Below the pieces are notes generated by a model, which had not been told where the DNA came from, made no database searches, and saw only the letters and a list, made by a program, of their open reading frames with translations. DNA of 64,000 nucleotides from an uncultured delta proteobacterium (GTDB taxonomy: Bacteria > Desulfobacterota > Binatia > HRBIN30 > BPIQ01): positions 1 to 64,000 of the forward strand of contig CAVXGR010000004.1 in the NCBI GenBank assembly GCA_963761335.1, in the 5' to 3' direction. How positions within the stretch are numbered: position 1 is the first letter of the stretch; the number at the start of each line of letters is the position of its first letter. A program made the position numbers and the translations under genes. This document shows positions 45,652 through 55,291 of the stretch, one piece after another.

Positions 45652-46904
45652 GAACGGGCTCGTTTCAGGTGCAGGGTGAAGGTCGACCCCTCTCCCGGAC
45701 GGCTGGCCACGGCGATCGATCCTCCCATCAGCGCCGCCAGCCGCGACGACAGCGACAGGCCGAGGCCGGCACCGGTGACGTCGCCGCGCAAGCTGCCGCG
45801 GAAGAATGGGCGGAAGATGTCCTGGAGCTCGGCTTCGGGTATTCCGACTCCGGTGTCCTGCACGGAGATGTCGACCTCGTCGTCCGCCTCGGCCGCGCAC
45901 AGGACGATCTCTCCCACTGCCGTGTACTTGGCGGCGTTGCCGATCAGGTTGAGGAGGACCTGCCGCAGTCGCTCGGTGTCGGCCTGGACACGGATGCCGT
46001 CGTCGAGAGAAGAGCGGAAGCGAATCGGCCGATCGCGCAGGAGAGACTCGGCGAGGTTGTTCATTTCGTCGAAGAGCGTGGAGAGCGGCACCGACTTCAT
46101 ATCTACCCTCAGACGGCCGGCTTCAACCCTGGAAAGATCGATCAGGTCGTTGATCAGGTGCAGTAGCTGCTGGGCGCTGTGGTCGACGCGTCGCAGCGGC
46201 TCGCGCATCGGCGGTGGCAGCTCGCCGAAGTTGTTGTCGAGCAGCAAGTCGGTGTAGCCGATGATGATGTTGAGTGGCGTTCGCAGCTCGTGGGAGACTC
46301 CGGCGATGAAGTCATTGCGCAGCCGCGAGCTCTCCATCAGCGCCGCGTTGGCGGTTTGCAGCGCCTGTGCCTGCGTGAAGATGCTGCGCCGGTAGTGGTC
46401 GAGGAAATAGGCGCCCATCACCGAGACCGAGCCGATGGCGGCGAGACCGATGAGCGCCATGCCGGCCGAGATGGGCGCGTGCACGCCGGCGGCAACGGCG
46501 AGGCCGTAGGCGAAGAGCGCCGTGGCGGCCACCGGCAGCTGACCGCGCACGCCCCAGGGCAGGGCCACCGTCGTGCCGATGACCAGATACGCGAGCGCCA
46601 TGGCGAGGATCTCGGCTTCGCCGTAGACGGCGATGTGATAGACGGCGATCAGACAGCAGAGCACCGATATGGCGACGGTGGCGATCGGTACCGTCGCCGA
46701 CTTCCAGCGGCGCATCGCCAGAATACTGGCGCCGATCACCAGCGCCTGCGCCAGCAGTATGACGGCGAAGACGAGATCGCGTCCGGAGTGGGCGTAGTGC
46801 TCGATCACTCCCGCGACCGCCATCACGATCAGGAAAACCGCGGAGGCGTAGATCATCCGGCTCCGCGTCAGCCGGGCCGTCTCTTCCGCGAAGTCCGTCA
46901 TCAC
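45648..46904 (-). CDS. membrane sensor histidine kinase
   Basis: N-terminal TM bundle; SHELRTPL H-box, NLIGNAAKY, DTGVGI, GAGLGL. Confidence 0.93.
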   Translation of the reverse strand: MMTDFAEETARLTRSRMIYASAVFLIVMAVAGVIEHYAHSGRDLVFAVILLAQALVIGASILAMRRWKSATVPIATVAISVLCCLIAVYHIAVYGEAEILAMALAYLVIGTTVALPWGVRGQLPVAATALFAYGLAVAAGVHAPISAGMALIGLAAIGSVSVMGAYFLDHYRRSIFTQAQALQTANAALMESSRLRNDFIAGVSHELRTPLNIIIGYTDLLLDNNFGELPPPMREPLRRVDHSAQQLLHLINDLIDLSRVEAGRLRVDMKSVPLSTLFDEMNNLAESLLRDRPIRFRSSLDDGIRVQADTERLRQVLLNLIGNAAKYTAVGEIVLCAAEADDEVDISVQDTGVGIPEAELQDIFRPFFRGSLRGDVTGAGLGLSLSSRLAALMGGSIAVASRPGEGSTFTLHLKRARS

Positions 46905-47047
46905 CGCCGGTGGCCCGTCATTGAGACATCGTGTCGCCGAATGGCGTCGTAATCGGTCTATCCACGGTGTAGAACGCTATAGCGCAGCATTTGACGGAGG
47001 GCGACCCCGTAACGGAGGGCGACCCCGGGGGGGCGCGGCAGAGAGCG

Positions 47048-47938
47048 ATGCGGCCAGCGATCATCGTACACGGGGGAGTCGGCCCGACCGGCGCCGCCGA
47101 CGTGGGGGAGCGCCAGGAGGCCCTGCGGCGCGCCGCGGCGCGCGGCTGGGAGGCCATTGGTTTCGGGGGCAGCGCCCTCGATGCCGCCGTCGAAGCAGTG
47201 GTGGTGATGGAGAACGATCCCCACCTCAACGCCGGCCTCGGCTCGGTGTTGACCTCCGCCGGTACAGTGGAGATGGACGCCTCGGTCATGGCCGGCGCCG
47301 GACTCGAGGCAGGCGCCGTGGCGGCCGTGCAGGGTGTGGCGAACCCCGTGCTCCTGGCGCGCGCCGTGCTGGAGCGTTCGCCGCACGTGCTCGTCGCCGG
47401 CCCGGAGGCGCGGCGTTGCGCCGAGGAGTGGGGGATCGCCGTGTGCTCCCCGGAGCGCCTGATCACCGACGAGCAGCGCCGCCGCTGGCGGCAGCGGAGC
47501 GCCGGCGGTGGTGGCAACACCGTGGGTGCGGTGGTCGTGGACGGCAGCGGGCATGTGGCGGCGGCCACCTCCACGGGTGGCATCTTCTATAAACGTCCGG
47601 GCCGCGTCGGCGACTCCGCCGTCATCGGCGCCGGGACCTATGCCGACGACCGCGGCGGCGCCGCCTCCGCCACCGGAATGGGCGAGGCGATCATCCGCGC
47701 CGTCCTCGCCAAGGCAGCGATCGACGGCATGCGCGATGGCATCGAGCCGCGGCACGCCGCCGAGAAGGCCGTGGCGGAGCTCTCGCGGCGGGTAGGTGGC
47801 GGCGTCGGTCTGATCGCCGTCGATCCCTTCGGCCGCGTCGGCTTCGCCGTCAACGACGGACGCATGCCGGTGGCGCTGATGACCTGGGGAATGACGGCAC
47901 CGGAGCTGCGCGTTGCCGATTCGGGGACCCTGCGCTAG
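47048..47938 (+). CDS. isoaspartyl peptidase / L-asparaginase (Ntn)
   Basis: IIVHGG, NAGLG, EMDASVM, TVGAV, ATSTGG, GRVGDS. Confidence 0.92.
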   Translation: MRPAIIVHGGVGPTGAADVGERQEALRRAAARGWEAIGFGGSALDAAVEAVVVMENDPHLNAGLGSVLTSAGTVEMDASVMAGAGLEAGAVAAVQGVANPVLLARAVLERSPHVLVAGPEARRCAEEWGIAVCSPERLITDEQRRRWRQRSAGGGGNTVGAVVVDGSGHVAAATSTGGIFYKRPGRVGDSAVIGAGTYADDRGGAASATGMGEAIIRAVLAKAAIDGMRDGIEPRHAAEKAVAELSRRVGGGVGLIAVDPFGRVGFAVNDGRMPVALMTWGMTAPELRVADSGTLR

Positions 47939-47966
47939 GTTGACGCCTGGCGTTGCAGCTGCGGTC

Positions 47967-48725
47967 ATGACGGAAGAAGTGGTCGACATCGGTTTCCAGA
48001 ACCCGATGCAGCGCCTCTGGGGGGCTCTGGCCGATCTGGCCATCGGCGCCTACACGATCCTGCTCGGTGGCACCTGCATCCTGCTCATGCTGGTCACGCG
48101 CAAGGGCTGGCCCGCGGACGTGCTCGGCAAGATCTGGTGCCGTTGGATCGTCAACAGCTGCGGCATCCAGATCGAGGTGGACGGCCTGCAGAACATCGAC
48201 CCCGGTGGTCGCTACGTGCTGATCTCCAATCACCTGAGCAACTTCGACATCTGGTGCACGATTGCCGCGCTGCCGGTGACCATTCGCTTCGTCGCCAAGA
48301 AGGAGCTTCTGCGGATTCCGGTGTTCGGTCAGGCTCTGCGCCTCAGCAATCACATCGTCATCGATCGCAGCAAGGGGGAGGAGGCGGTGGAGGCCATCAA
48401 CCGCAGCGCCGCCGGCGGCCTCGACTCCGGCTTCTGCATCCTCTTCTACGGCGAGGGCACGCGCAGCCCCGACGGCAGGGTGCATCTCTTCAAGAAGGGC
48501 GGCGTGGTGCTGGCGCTGCGCACCGGGCTGCCGATCATTCCCGTCAGCATCAGCGGCACGCGCAAGTTTCTGCCCAAGCGCTCCCTGGTCATCCGCCCGG
48601 GCGGCCGCGTGCGCATCGTCCTCGGCAAACCGATCGAGACCAAGGGCATCTCCCTCGAGCAGCGCGACGAGCTGAACGAGAAGGTGCGCGAGCAGGTGAT
48701 CCGCGGCTACATCGAGGATTTCTGA
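47967..48725 (+). CDS. plsC: 1-acyl-sn-glycerol-3-phosphate acyltransferase
   Basis: NHLSNFD (HX4D), FVAKKEL, EGTRS, FKKG. Confidence 0.88.
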   Translation: MTEEVVDIGFQNPMQRLWGALADLAIGAYTILLGGTCILLMLVTRKGWPADVLGKIWCRWIVNSCGIQIEVDGLQNIDPGGRYVLISNHLSNFDIWCTIAALPVTIRFVAKKELLRIPVFGQALRLSNHIVIDRSKGEEAVEAINRSAAGGLDSGFCILFYGEGTRSPDGRVHLFKKGGVVLALRTGLPIIPVSISGTRKFLPKRSLVIRPGGRVRIVLGKPIETKGISLEQRDELNEKVREQVIRGYIEDF

Positions 48726-48748
48726 AGGGCCGCGGCTCGTTCCCGCAT

Positions 48749-48820
48749 GGGGACAGGCAACTTTTGCGCTGACGTCGGCGAATAGCGCCAGGGCGACGGC
48801 GGCAAAAGTTGCCTGTCCCC
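48749..48820. repeat. uninterrupted 72-bp element: perfect 19-bp inverted repeats around a 34-bp spacer
   Basis: GGGGACAGGCAACTTTTGC (48749-48767) and GCAAAAGTTGCCTGTCCCC (48802-48820). Confidence 0.88.
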
Positions 48821-48823
48821 GTT

Positions 48824-49795
48824 CTAGTTGCGCAGGGCGCCGCGGATGAGCGGGTGATCGGTGAGGCCGAGACCTTCGAGGATCTCGGGGGCGAGCAGGC
48901 CGACGCGCCGGGCGCTCTTCAGAAGATGCGGGACGCGCTTGCCGGCGGCGGCTGCGGCCAGCTCGGCATCGTTGATGGCCCGTTGCTCGCGCAGCATCTG
49001 CGGTGCCAGATCTTCGGCATCATCGACACCGGCCTCGCGGAGCCGGTGCACCAGGCGGGTCAGCATGATCGGCCCCGGCCGGTCGGTGACCACGGCGAGG
49101 ATCTGCCCCAGCCAGCGCCGCGCGAAGGCGAGGCGCTCGTCGAGTGAGTGCTGCTTCATCCACTCGTCGACGTAGAGAATTCCGAAGCCCATGTGGCGGC
49201 TCTCGTCGCGGGTGATCAAGGAGATGATGCGCTGCAGGAGCGGGTTGGTGGCGTTCTCCTCAATCCCCTCGAAGATGTTCATCGCCAGGCTCTCGAGAAA
49301 GAACTGCTCGGTGGCGATCAGGTCGAGCGGCTCGCGGAGCGCGAGGACCGAGTCGAACATCATCTCGGTGCCGAAATCGATGTCCTCCACCTGCTCGTTC
49401 ATCTTCTCGATGAAACGCCGGTAGGCGAGATGGTGGCGGGCCTCGTCCATCGCCTGCGCCGCGGCGTGATTGCGATAGTCCTCTTGGCGCACGGCGAGGG
49501 CGATGCGGGCACAGACGTCCTGCGCCACGCTCTCGCCGACCTGCAGGACATTGAGAATGCGTCCCAGTCCGCGGCGCGTGGCGTACACCTTGGCCGCCTC
49601 GGGTAGGCGGCGGAAGGTCTCCGTCTGTCCGAAGGCGCTCCACTCGTGCCGCACCAGCGGATCGTCGGCGGCGACCGCCTGGGTCCAGTCGACATCCCGC
49701 TCGAAGTCCCAGTCGGCGGAGTGCGCCTTGGCAAACAGGGCGTTGATCCCGGCGTGGCCGCTGTTCTCGAGGTGCAGCAGTTCCCGCGTTCGCAT
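48824..49795 (-). CDS. ferritin-like diiron protein (AurF/diiron oxygenase-like)
   Basis: QVGE, DEARH, LESLA and DESRH (two EXXH motifs). Confidence 0.8.
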   Translation of the reverse strand: MRTRELLHLENSGHAGINALFAKAHSADWDFERDVDWTQAVAADDPLVRHEWSAFGQTETFRRLPEAAKVYATRRGLGRILNVLQVGESVAQDVCARIALAVRQEDYRNHAAAQAMDEARHHLAYRRFIEKMNEQVEDIDFGTEMMFDSVLALREPLDLIATEQFFLESLAMNIFEGIEENATNPLLQRIISLITRDESRHMGFGILYVDEWMKQHSLDERLAFARRWLGQILAVVTDRPGPIMLTRLVHRLREAGVDDAEDLAPQMLREQRAINDAELAAAAAGKRVPHLLKSARRVGLLAPEILEGLGLTDHPLIRGALRN

Positions 49796-49915
49796 GGTCC
49801 CCCCTTCGCCGGTCGTCTCCGGCACTTCCGCAGGCTTACACGCGGGAATGCCTATGGCAATTCCGCTGCGGGGAGGCGGGGGATCTCCGCGCCCCCAGGG
49901 GACGCGGAGTGCGGC

Positions 49916-50149
49916 TCAGATCAGCTCTTTCCACCAGGGAGCGCCGGCCTGCCGGTACTTCCCTGCGTCGATGCCCTGCTGGCGCGGGGCCGGCTTCGGC
50001 GCCGATGCCTTCGCGGGAGACTTCTTCGCCGGCGTCTTTGCCGCGGCGCGGCCGGTGCTCTTCGCCGCTGGCGGCTTCTTCGCGGTCTTCGTCTTCGGCT
50101 TCGTCTTAGTCTTCGTCTTCGGCTTCGCTTGCACTTTCTTCTTTGCCAC
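49916..50149 (-). CDS. small Lys/Ala-rich histone H1-like protein
   Basis: AKKKVQAKPKTKTKTKPKTKTAKKPPAAK…; GGAG RBS; C-terminal YRQAGAPWWK. Confidence 0.65.
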   Translation of the reverse strand: MAKKKVQAKPKTKTKTKPKTKTAKKPPAAKSTGRAAAKTPAKKSPAKASAPKPAPRQQGIDAGKYRQAGAPWWKELI

Positions 50150-50273
50150 TGCTTCGACTCCTTCTCCGTTCGCCGAGGACCTCTGGGGAATCTCGGGAGC
50201 CTGCTTCAATCACGACTGACGCGCGGCTTCAAGTACGACTGGGAGCGCGAGGCCATGGCTCCCGCCCTCCGGG

Positions 50274-52604
50274 CTAGCCGAGCTCGGCGACGGTCACGCC
50301 GGCGCCGCCCTCGCCGGGCTCGCCGTCGCGGAAGCGGGCACAGTAGGGCGATGTCTCGAGGTACTGCTGCACGGCGCGGCGCAGCGCGCCGCTGCCGACG
50401 CCGTGAATGATGCGCACCGACGGATGCCCGGCGAGGGCGGCGCGGTCCAGATACGCCTCCAGGCGCTCGAGCGCCTCGCGGGCGCGCAAGCCGATCAGCG
50501 TGACCTCCAAGGGGGGCGCCTCGGACTCGGGAAGGCGCATCGACGGCGCCGCCGTCGCCGCGGTCGGGGCGCGCCCGGCGCGGCGAAGCTGGGTGAGCGG
50601 CACCTCGATGCGCATGGTGCCGCGCCGCATCCAGGCGCGCTCGCCGCTCACCGAGACCAGCTCGCCGCGAAAGCCGCCCTGCACCAGCTCGACGGTGTCG
50701 CCCGGCTGCAGTGGCCCGCTGGGCTGCGGCGCCGGCGCTGTCTCCTCTGCCTCGCGTGTGGCGATCGCGGCCGCGGCATCGTCGGCGAAACGCTCCAGCT
50801 CGCGGCGGCCGGCGCGCTGCTCGCGCAGCCCGGCGAGCAGCTGGCGGCCCTCGTCCTTGAGGCTGCGGACGAAGTCGCGGGCCGCATCCAGCTCGCTGCG
50901 CCACTTTTCGCGCCGGCGCGTCTGCAGCTCCTCGAGCAGCGCCGCCGCTTCCCGCTGGCGCTCGCCGACGGTGCGCTCGCGCCCCTCGACCTCCGCGAGG
51001 CGCTCCTCGTAGCCGCGGCGACTCGCCTCGAGTCGCTCCAGGGCGGCGTTGAGTGTCTTCGCCTCGGCCGTCTGCGCGGCGCGAGCCCGCTCGAGGACGG
51101 CAGCGGACAGCCCGAGCTGCTCGGCGATCAGGAGCGCCAGGCTTTCGCCGAGGGAGTGGTAGATGAGACGGTAGCGGGGGGCGAGAGTGGCGCGATCGAA
51201 GTCGACCGAAGCGGTGACGCAGGTGTCCTCGGTGAGCCCATAGAGCTTCACCGGGGTGTAGTGCGTGGTCGCCACCAGGCGCGCTCCCCGCCGCGCCATG
51301 GTCTGCAGCAGGCCGATCGCCAGTGCCGCGCCCTCCTCCGGATCGGTGCCGACACCGGGCTCGTCGAGCAGCACCAACGCCGGCGCCTCGACCATGCGGT
51401 CGATCTGCACCAGGTTGGCGACGTGCGCCGAGAAGGTGGAGAGATTGCGCTGGATGTTCTGCTCGTCGCCGACGTCGGCAAAGACGCCGCGCCAGCAGGG
51501 CAGGCGACTCTCTTCCTCGGCCGGGATCAGCATGCCGGTCTGCGCCATCAGGGACAGCAGACCGAGCGTCTTCAGCGCCACCGTCTTGCCGCCGGTGTTC
51601 GGGCCGGTGATCACCAGCGTCGACTTCCCGGCCGGCAGGCGAATGTCGACCGGGACGACGTCGCGCCCCGAGAACAGCAGCACCGGGTGGCGGGCGCGCC
51701 GCAGGTCGATGTCGCCCTCGCTCGGAAGCGGCTGAGTGCAGCGGTGGTGATCGGCAAAGCGGGCCTTGGCGGCGAGCACGTCGAAGGCGGTGATGGCGCC
51801 GAAGACGTCGTCGACCTCGTCGCCGCGCGAGCGGACGAGGGCGGTGAGGTCGGCGAGGATGCGGCGGATGACGCGCTCCTCCTCGCGCTCGGTCATCAGC
51901 ATGGCGTTGTTCATCTCGACCGCGAACAGCGGCTCGAGAAAGATGGTCTCGCCGGAAGCGGAGCGGTCCTGGACGATGCCCTGGAGCTTCTGTCCGTAGT
52001 GCGCCTTTACGGGGATGACGAAGCGGTTGTTGCGCAGGGTCACGTACTGCTCGGCGATGACCTCGGAGAGGGCGCCGCGGTTCACCATGCTCTCCAGTCG
52101 CCGGGTCAGCTGAGCGCGCAGCTGGCGCAGGCGGTTGCGCAGGCCGGCGAGCTCGTCGCTGGCATCGTCGCGCACCGTGCCGTCCTCGTCGAGGGCGCGC
52201 GCCAGCACGTCCTCGATCTCACGCAGGGGGTGGAGGCGGGCGGCGAGCGCCGCCAGCGCCGGGGTGCGCTCGCGCCGCTGGCGCAGGAAGTCGCCGAGCT
52301 CGCGGCCGGCGGTGAGCACCCGCCGCACCTCCACGAGCCGCGCCCCGTCGAGGACAAAGCCCTCGTGCGCCGCCGTCTTCAGGTGCTCGCGGATATCCGG
52401 CACGCCGGTGCCGGGGAGCACGCCATCGGTCTGCAGCAGCCGAAAGACCTGCCAGGTCTGCTCCAGCGAGCCCGCCACCTCGGCCGGCTCCGGCATCGGC
52501 CGCAGCGCCGCGCAGGCGGCCGCCCCCGCAGGTGATTGCGCGAGCTCGGCAAGCCGCGCCAGCACCCGGGGGTACTCGAGGGCGTCCAGATCGTGTGGCC
52601 GCAC
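50274..52604 (-). CDS. mutS2: endonuclease MutS2
   Basis: ITGPNTGGKT, LSTFSAH, LLDE.G.GTDP.EG, TTHY; C-terminal Smr domain IIHGVGSG…GGAGVT. Confidence 0.95.
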   Translation of the reverse strand: MRPHDLDALEYPRVLARLAELAQSPAGAAACAALRPMPEPAEVAGSLEQTWQVFRLLQTDGVLPGTGVPDIREHLKTAAHEGFVLDGARLVEVRRVLTAGRELGDFLRQRRERTPALAALAARLHPLREIEDVLARALDEDGTVRDDASDELAGLRNRLRQLRAQLTRRLESMVNRGALSEVIAEQYVTLRNNRFVIPVKAHYGQKLQGIVQDRSASGETIFLEPLFAVEMNNAMLMTEREEERVIRRILADLTALVRSRGDEVDDVFGAITAFDVLAAKARFADHHRCTQPLPSEGDIDLRRARHPVLLFSGRDVVPVDIRLPAGKSTLVITGPNTGGKTVALKTLGLLSLMAQTGMLIPAEEESRLPCWRGVFADVGDEQNIQRNLSTFSAHVANLVQIDRMVEAPALVLLDEPGVGTDPEEGAALAIGLLQTMARRGARLVATTHYTPVKLYGLTEDTCVTASVDFDRATLAPRYRLIYHSLGESLALLIAEQLGLSAAVLERARAAQTAEAKTLNAALERLEASRRGYEERLAEVEGRERTVGERQREAAALLEELQTRRREKWRSELDAARDFVRSLKDEGRQLLAGLREQRAGRRELERFADDAAAAIATREAEETAPAPQPSGPLQPGDTVELVQGGFRGELVSVSGERAWMRRGTMRIEVPLTQLRRAGRAPTAATAAPSMRLPESEAPPLEVTLIGLRAREALERLEAYLDRAALAGHPSVRIIHGVGSGALRRAVQQYLETSPYCARFRDGEPGEGGAGVTVAELG

Positions 52605-52777
52605 CCGCGGAGTATGGCCCAGCCGTTTCGAGGCGGCAAGCTGGGCTGCGCCGACGATCGTGGAGATCCAGGGAGGCTCGTTTTGCTTTCCCCCCGCCCC
52701 TCGTCTACCGTACCCCTCGCCATGAGACCCGCCCGCGGCGCTCCGTCATCGCCGCCGCCGATCCTTTGCGCGCTGCC

Positions 52778-53839
52778 GTGATCCAGGGGACACCGCCGAG
52801 AGCTCGACTCGAGGTTGGCAGTACTTCGGAGAGGCGCCGGCTCTGGTTGTGGATTGCGGCGCTCGCAATGCTCGCCGCCTTCTGCGGTTGCCGCTCTGGC
52901 GCCAAGCCCAAGCCGCGGGCGGCCAGGATCACCTTCGATCAGAAGCAGTACTCGTTCGGAACCGTGGCGCAGGGGACGAAGGTGACGCACAGCTTCTTCT
53001 TCCGCAATGCCGGCGGCGCCGGTCTGGTCGTCGACGGCGTGCGCAGCGCCTGTGGTTGCACCGCGGCGGTGGTCGCCGAGGATGTGGTCGAGCCGGGGCA
53101 GACGGCCGCCGTGCGGGTCACCCTCGACACCAATGGCCTCGCCGGTTCCGAGAGCAGGACGGTGACCGTCTACTCGAGCGATCCGAGCCATCCGGTGACG
53201 ACTCTCACGCTGACGGGCACGATCGAGGCGGCGGTGAAGGTGGAGCCGGCCGAGCTGTACGCCGGGCGCCTCGGTCGTGGCGCTGCCGTGCGGCAGCCGG
53301 TCGACGTCGTGCTGCTCGACGACGACGTCGAGGTGACCGCGGTGCGCAGCCCCGGCTCCGTGCTCGATCTCCTGGTCAGCGATCTGGACGGAGACCAGCG
53401 CGGCAAGCGACTGAGCTTTCGCATCGATCCGCACGCCGCCTTGGGTCCGTTTGCGGAGGAGGTGCACGTCGCCACTTCCAGTGCCGCGGCCCCCGATCTT
53501 CTCGTTCCGGTGGTGGGCGTCGTCGAGGGCGATCTCACCGTCTCCCCGCCGCGGGTGACCCTGGGCACGCTGCGTGAGGACGAGCAGCCGTCGCAGGTGC
53601 TGGTGCTGCGCAACCGCGGCGCGCAACCTGTGCATCTCCAATTGGGGAGCGGGACTCCGACCTGGGTCCAGGTGACCATCGAGACGGTGGAGGCGGGGCA
53701 CGAGTATCACCTGCACGTGCGCCCCCGTCCGCCGTTGCCTTCCGGTCGTCTCGAGGGCGACGTCGAGATCGACACCGATGACGCGGATCAGCCGCGTCTC
53801 TTGCTGCCGATCACCGGCGCCGTGCACGAGAAGAGGTGA
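52778..53839 (+). CDS. DUF1573 / Ig-like repeat exported protein (start uncertain)
   Basis: Hydrophobic signal then YSFGTVAQG…FRNAG…SACGCT; repeated Ig-like beta domains. Confidence 0.75.
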   Translation: MIQGTPPRARLEVGSTSERRRLWLWIAALAMLAAFCGCRSGAKPKPRAARITFDQKQYSFGTVAQGTKVTHSFFFRNAGGAGLVVDGVRSACGCTAAVVAEDVVEPGQTAAVRVTLDTNGLAGSESRTVTVYSSDPSHPVTTLTLTGTIEAAVKVEPAELYAGRLGRGAAVRQPVDVVLLDDDVEVTAVRSPGSVLDLLVSDLDGDQRGKRLSFRIDPHAALGPFAEEVHVATSSAAAPDLLVPVVGVVEGDLTVSPPRVTLGTLREDEQPSQVLVLRNRGAQPVHLQLGSGTPTWVQVTIETVEAGHEYHLHVRPRPPLPSGRLEGDVEIDTDDADQPRLLLPITGAVHEKR

Positions 53840-53842
53840 GCG

Positions 53843-54760
53843 GTGACGCCGGCGGCACCCCGTTTCGATGCGGTGGGTATCGGCTTCAACACCATGGATC
53901 ACCTGTGCGTGATCTCGCGGCACGTGCGTCTCGATTCCAAGCAGCGCATGGTGGCCTTCGATCACCAGCCGGGCGGGCAGGTACCCACGGCACTGGTGGC
54001 GTTGCAGCGCTGGGGCATGCGCACCAGCTACATCGGCAGCTTCGGCGACGATGCCGGCGGCGTCGAATCGCGGTGCTCACTGGCGGCGGAGGGGGTGGAT
54101 CTGAGTGGTGCGGTGGTGCGGCCCGGCCTGCGCAACCAGGAGTCGGTGATCCTCATCGACGAGCTCTCGGGTGAGCGCTCGGTGCTGTGGCAGCGTCCCG
54201 AGGGTCTGGCGCTGCACCGTGACGAGCTGTCGCCGGATCTCATCCGCGGGGCCCGCTTGCTCCTGCTCGATGCCTACGACATGGAGGCGTCGCTGGCCGC
54301 GGCGCGCTGGGCGAAGGAGGCGGGCGCGATTCTCATGCTCGACATCGACTTCCCGTCGCCCGGAGTCGACGAGCTTCTGGCGCTCACCGACCTGCTGGTG
54401 GTTTCGCCGGAGTTCCCTCTGCGACTCAGCGGCCAGAGCGATCTGCGGCGTGCCCTGCGCGACACGGCGCGCCGCGGCCCGCGCCTCTGCGCCGTCACCC
54501 TCGGGTCGGGCGGCGCCCTGGCGCTGGAGGGCGGCCGCTTCACCTTCGTCCCCGCCTTTCGCGTCGACGTCGTCGATTCGACCGGCGCCGGCGACATCTT
54601 TCACGCAGGCTGTGCCTACGCGGCGCTGTGCGGCTGGGCGACGGCGGAGATGCTTCGCTTCGCCGCCGCGGCGGCGGCACTCAAGTGCGAGAAGCTCGGC
54701 GGACGCCCCGGCATTCCGTCCCTGGCGCGGGCGATGAGCCTGGCGGGGACGGCGCCCTGA
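53843..54760 (+). CDS. PfkB family carbohydrate kinase
   Basis: PGGQV…AL, GSFGDD, VTLGSGG, DSTGAGDIF. Confidence 0.92.
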   Translation: MTPAAPRFDAVGIGFNTMDHLCVISRHVRLDSKQRMVAFDHQPGGQVPTALVALQRWGMRTSYIGSFGDDAGGVESRCSLAAEGVDLSGAVVRPGLRNQESVILIDELSGERSVLWQRPEGLALHRDELSPDLIRGARLLLLDAYDMEASLAAARWAKEAGAILMLDIDFPSPGVDELLALTDLLVVSPEFPLRLSGQSDLRRALRDTARRGPRLCAVTLGSGGALALEGGRFTFVPAFRVDVVDSTGAGDIFHAGCAYAALCGWATAEMLRFAAAAAALKCEKLGGRPGIPSLARAMSLAGTAP

Positions 54761-54807
54761 CCGCGTCAATCTCCTTCCCGCCGTCGAGGCGATTCGCTAT
54801 GCACGAT

Positions 54808-55232
54808 GGGGACAGTGCGTCATGAGCCTCACGGCTCACCAATAGACGATGAAAATGAGGCTGGGGATCTGCGCCGGCAAGAGACTTGGAGGTTCTCGCC
54901 CGGCTGAAGTTCGCCCCGGAGGGGCGGTGGTGTGTAGCCCCGGGTGAAACCCGGGGAAAAATGCCGCTGGGTGCGTGGGAAGCTCATCGAGGTGATTCAC
55001 GCGGCCTCTACGCCCGCGCCCCTGCGGGGCGCTGATCTGGGCCAATCGGAACGCGGTCCCCGGGTTGACACCCGGGGCTACATGCCTGCGCCCCTCCGGG
55101 GCGATAAGCCTCCACGCCAAGCGCCGGTGCGCTCCGCCAGACCTTCACCCAACAGATTTTCGAAGCAGGCAACTTTTGCGGCGGAGCCCGAAGTGTCGAC
55201 GTGATCTCGAAGAGCAAAAGTAGCCTGTCCCC
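54808..55232 (-). mobile_element. 72-bp IR host element with one inserted unit (54813-55165) and CAG repeated at both ends
   Basis: GGGGA-CAG-[TGCGTCATGAGCC…CAGATTTTCGAAG]-CAG-GCAACTTTTGC, 34 bp, GCAAAAGTAGCCTGTCCCC. Confidence 0.87.
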
Positions 55233-55291
55233 AACGCCTCGTCCCCAACGCCTCCTTCCCGCCCCCGGCGCAATTCGCTATGACCGCCCTT

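Noticed and set aside
50403..52535. Long antisense ORFs (this one, 32413-34131, 19782-21344 and similar)
   Set aside because: Typical high-GC shadow frames opposite well-supported genes, with no motifs of their own.
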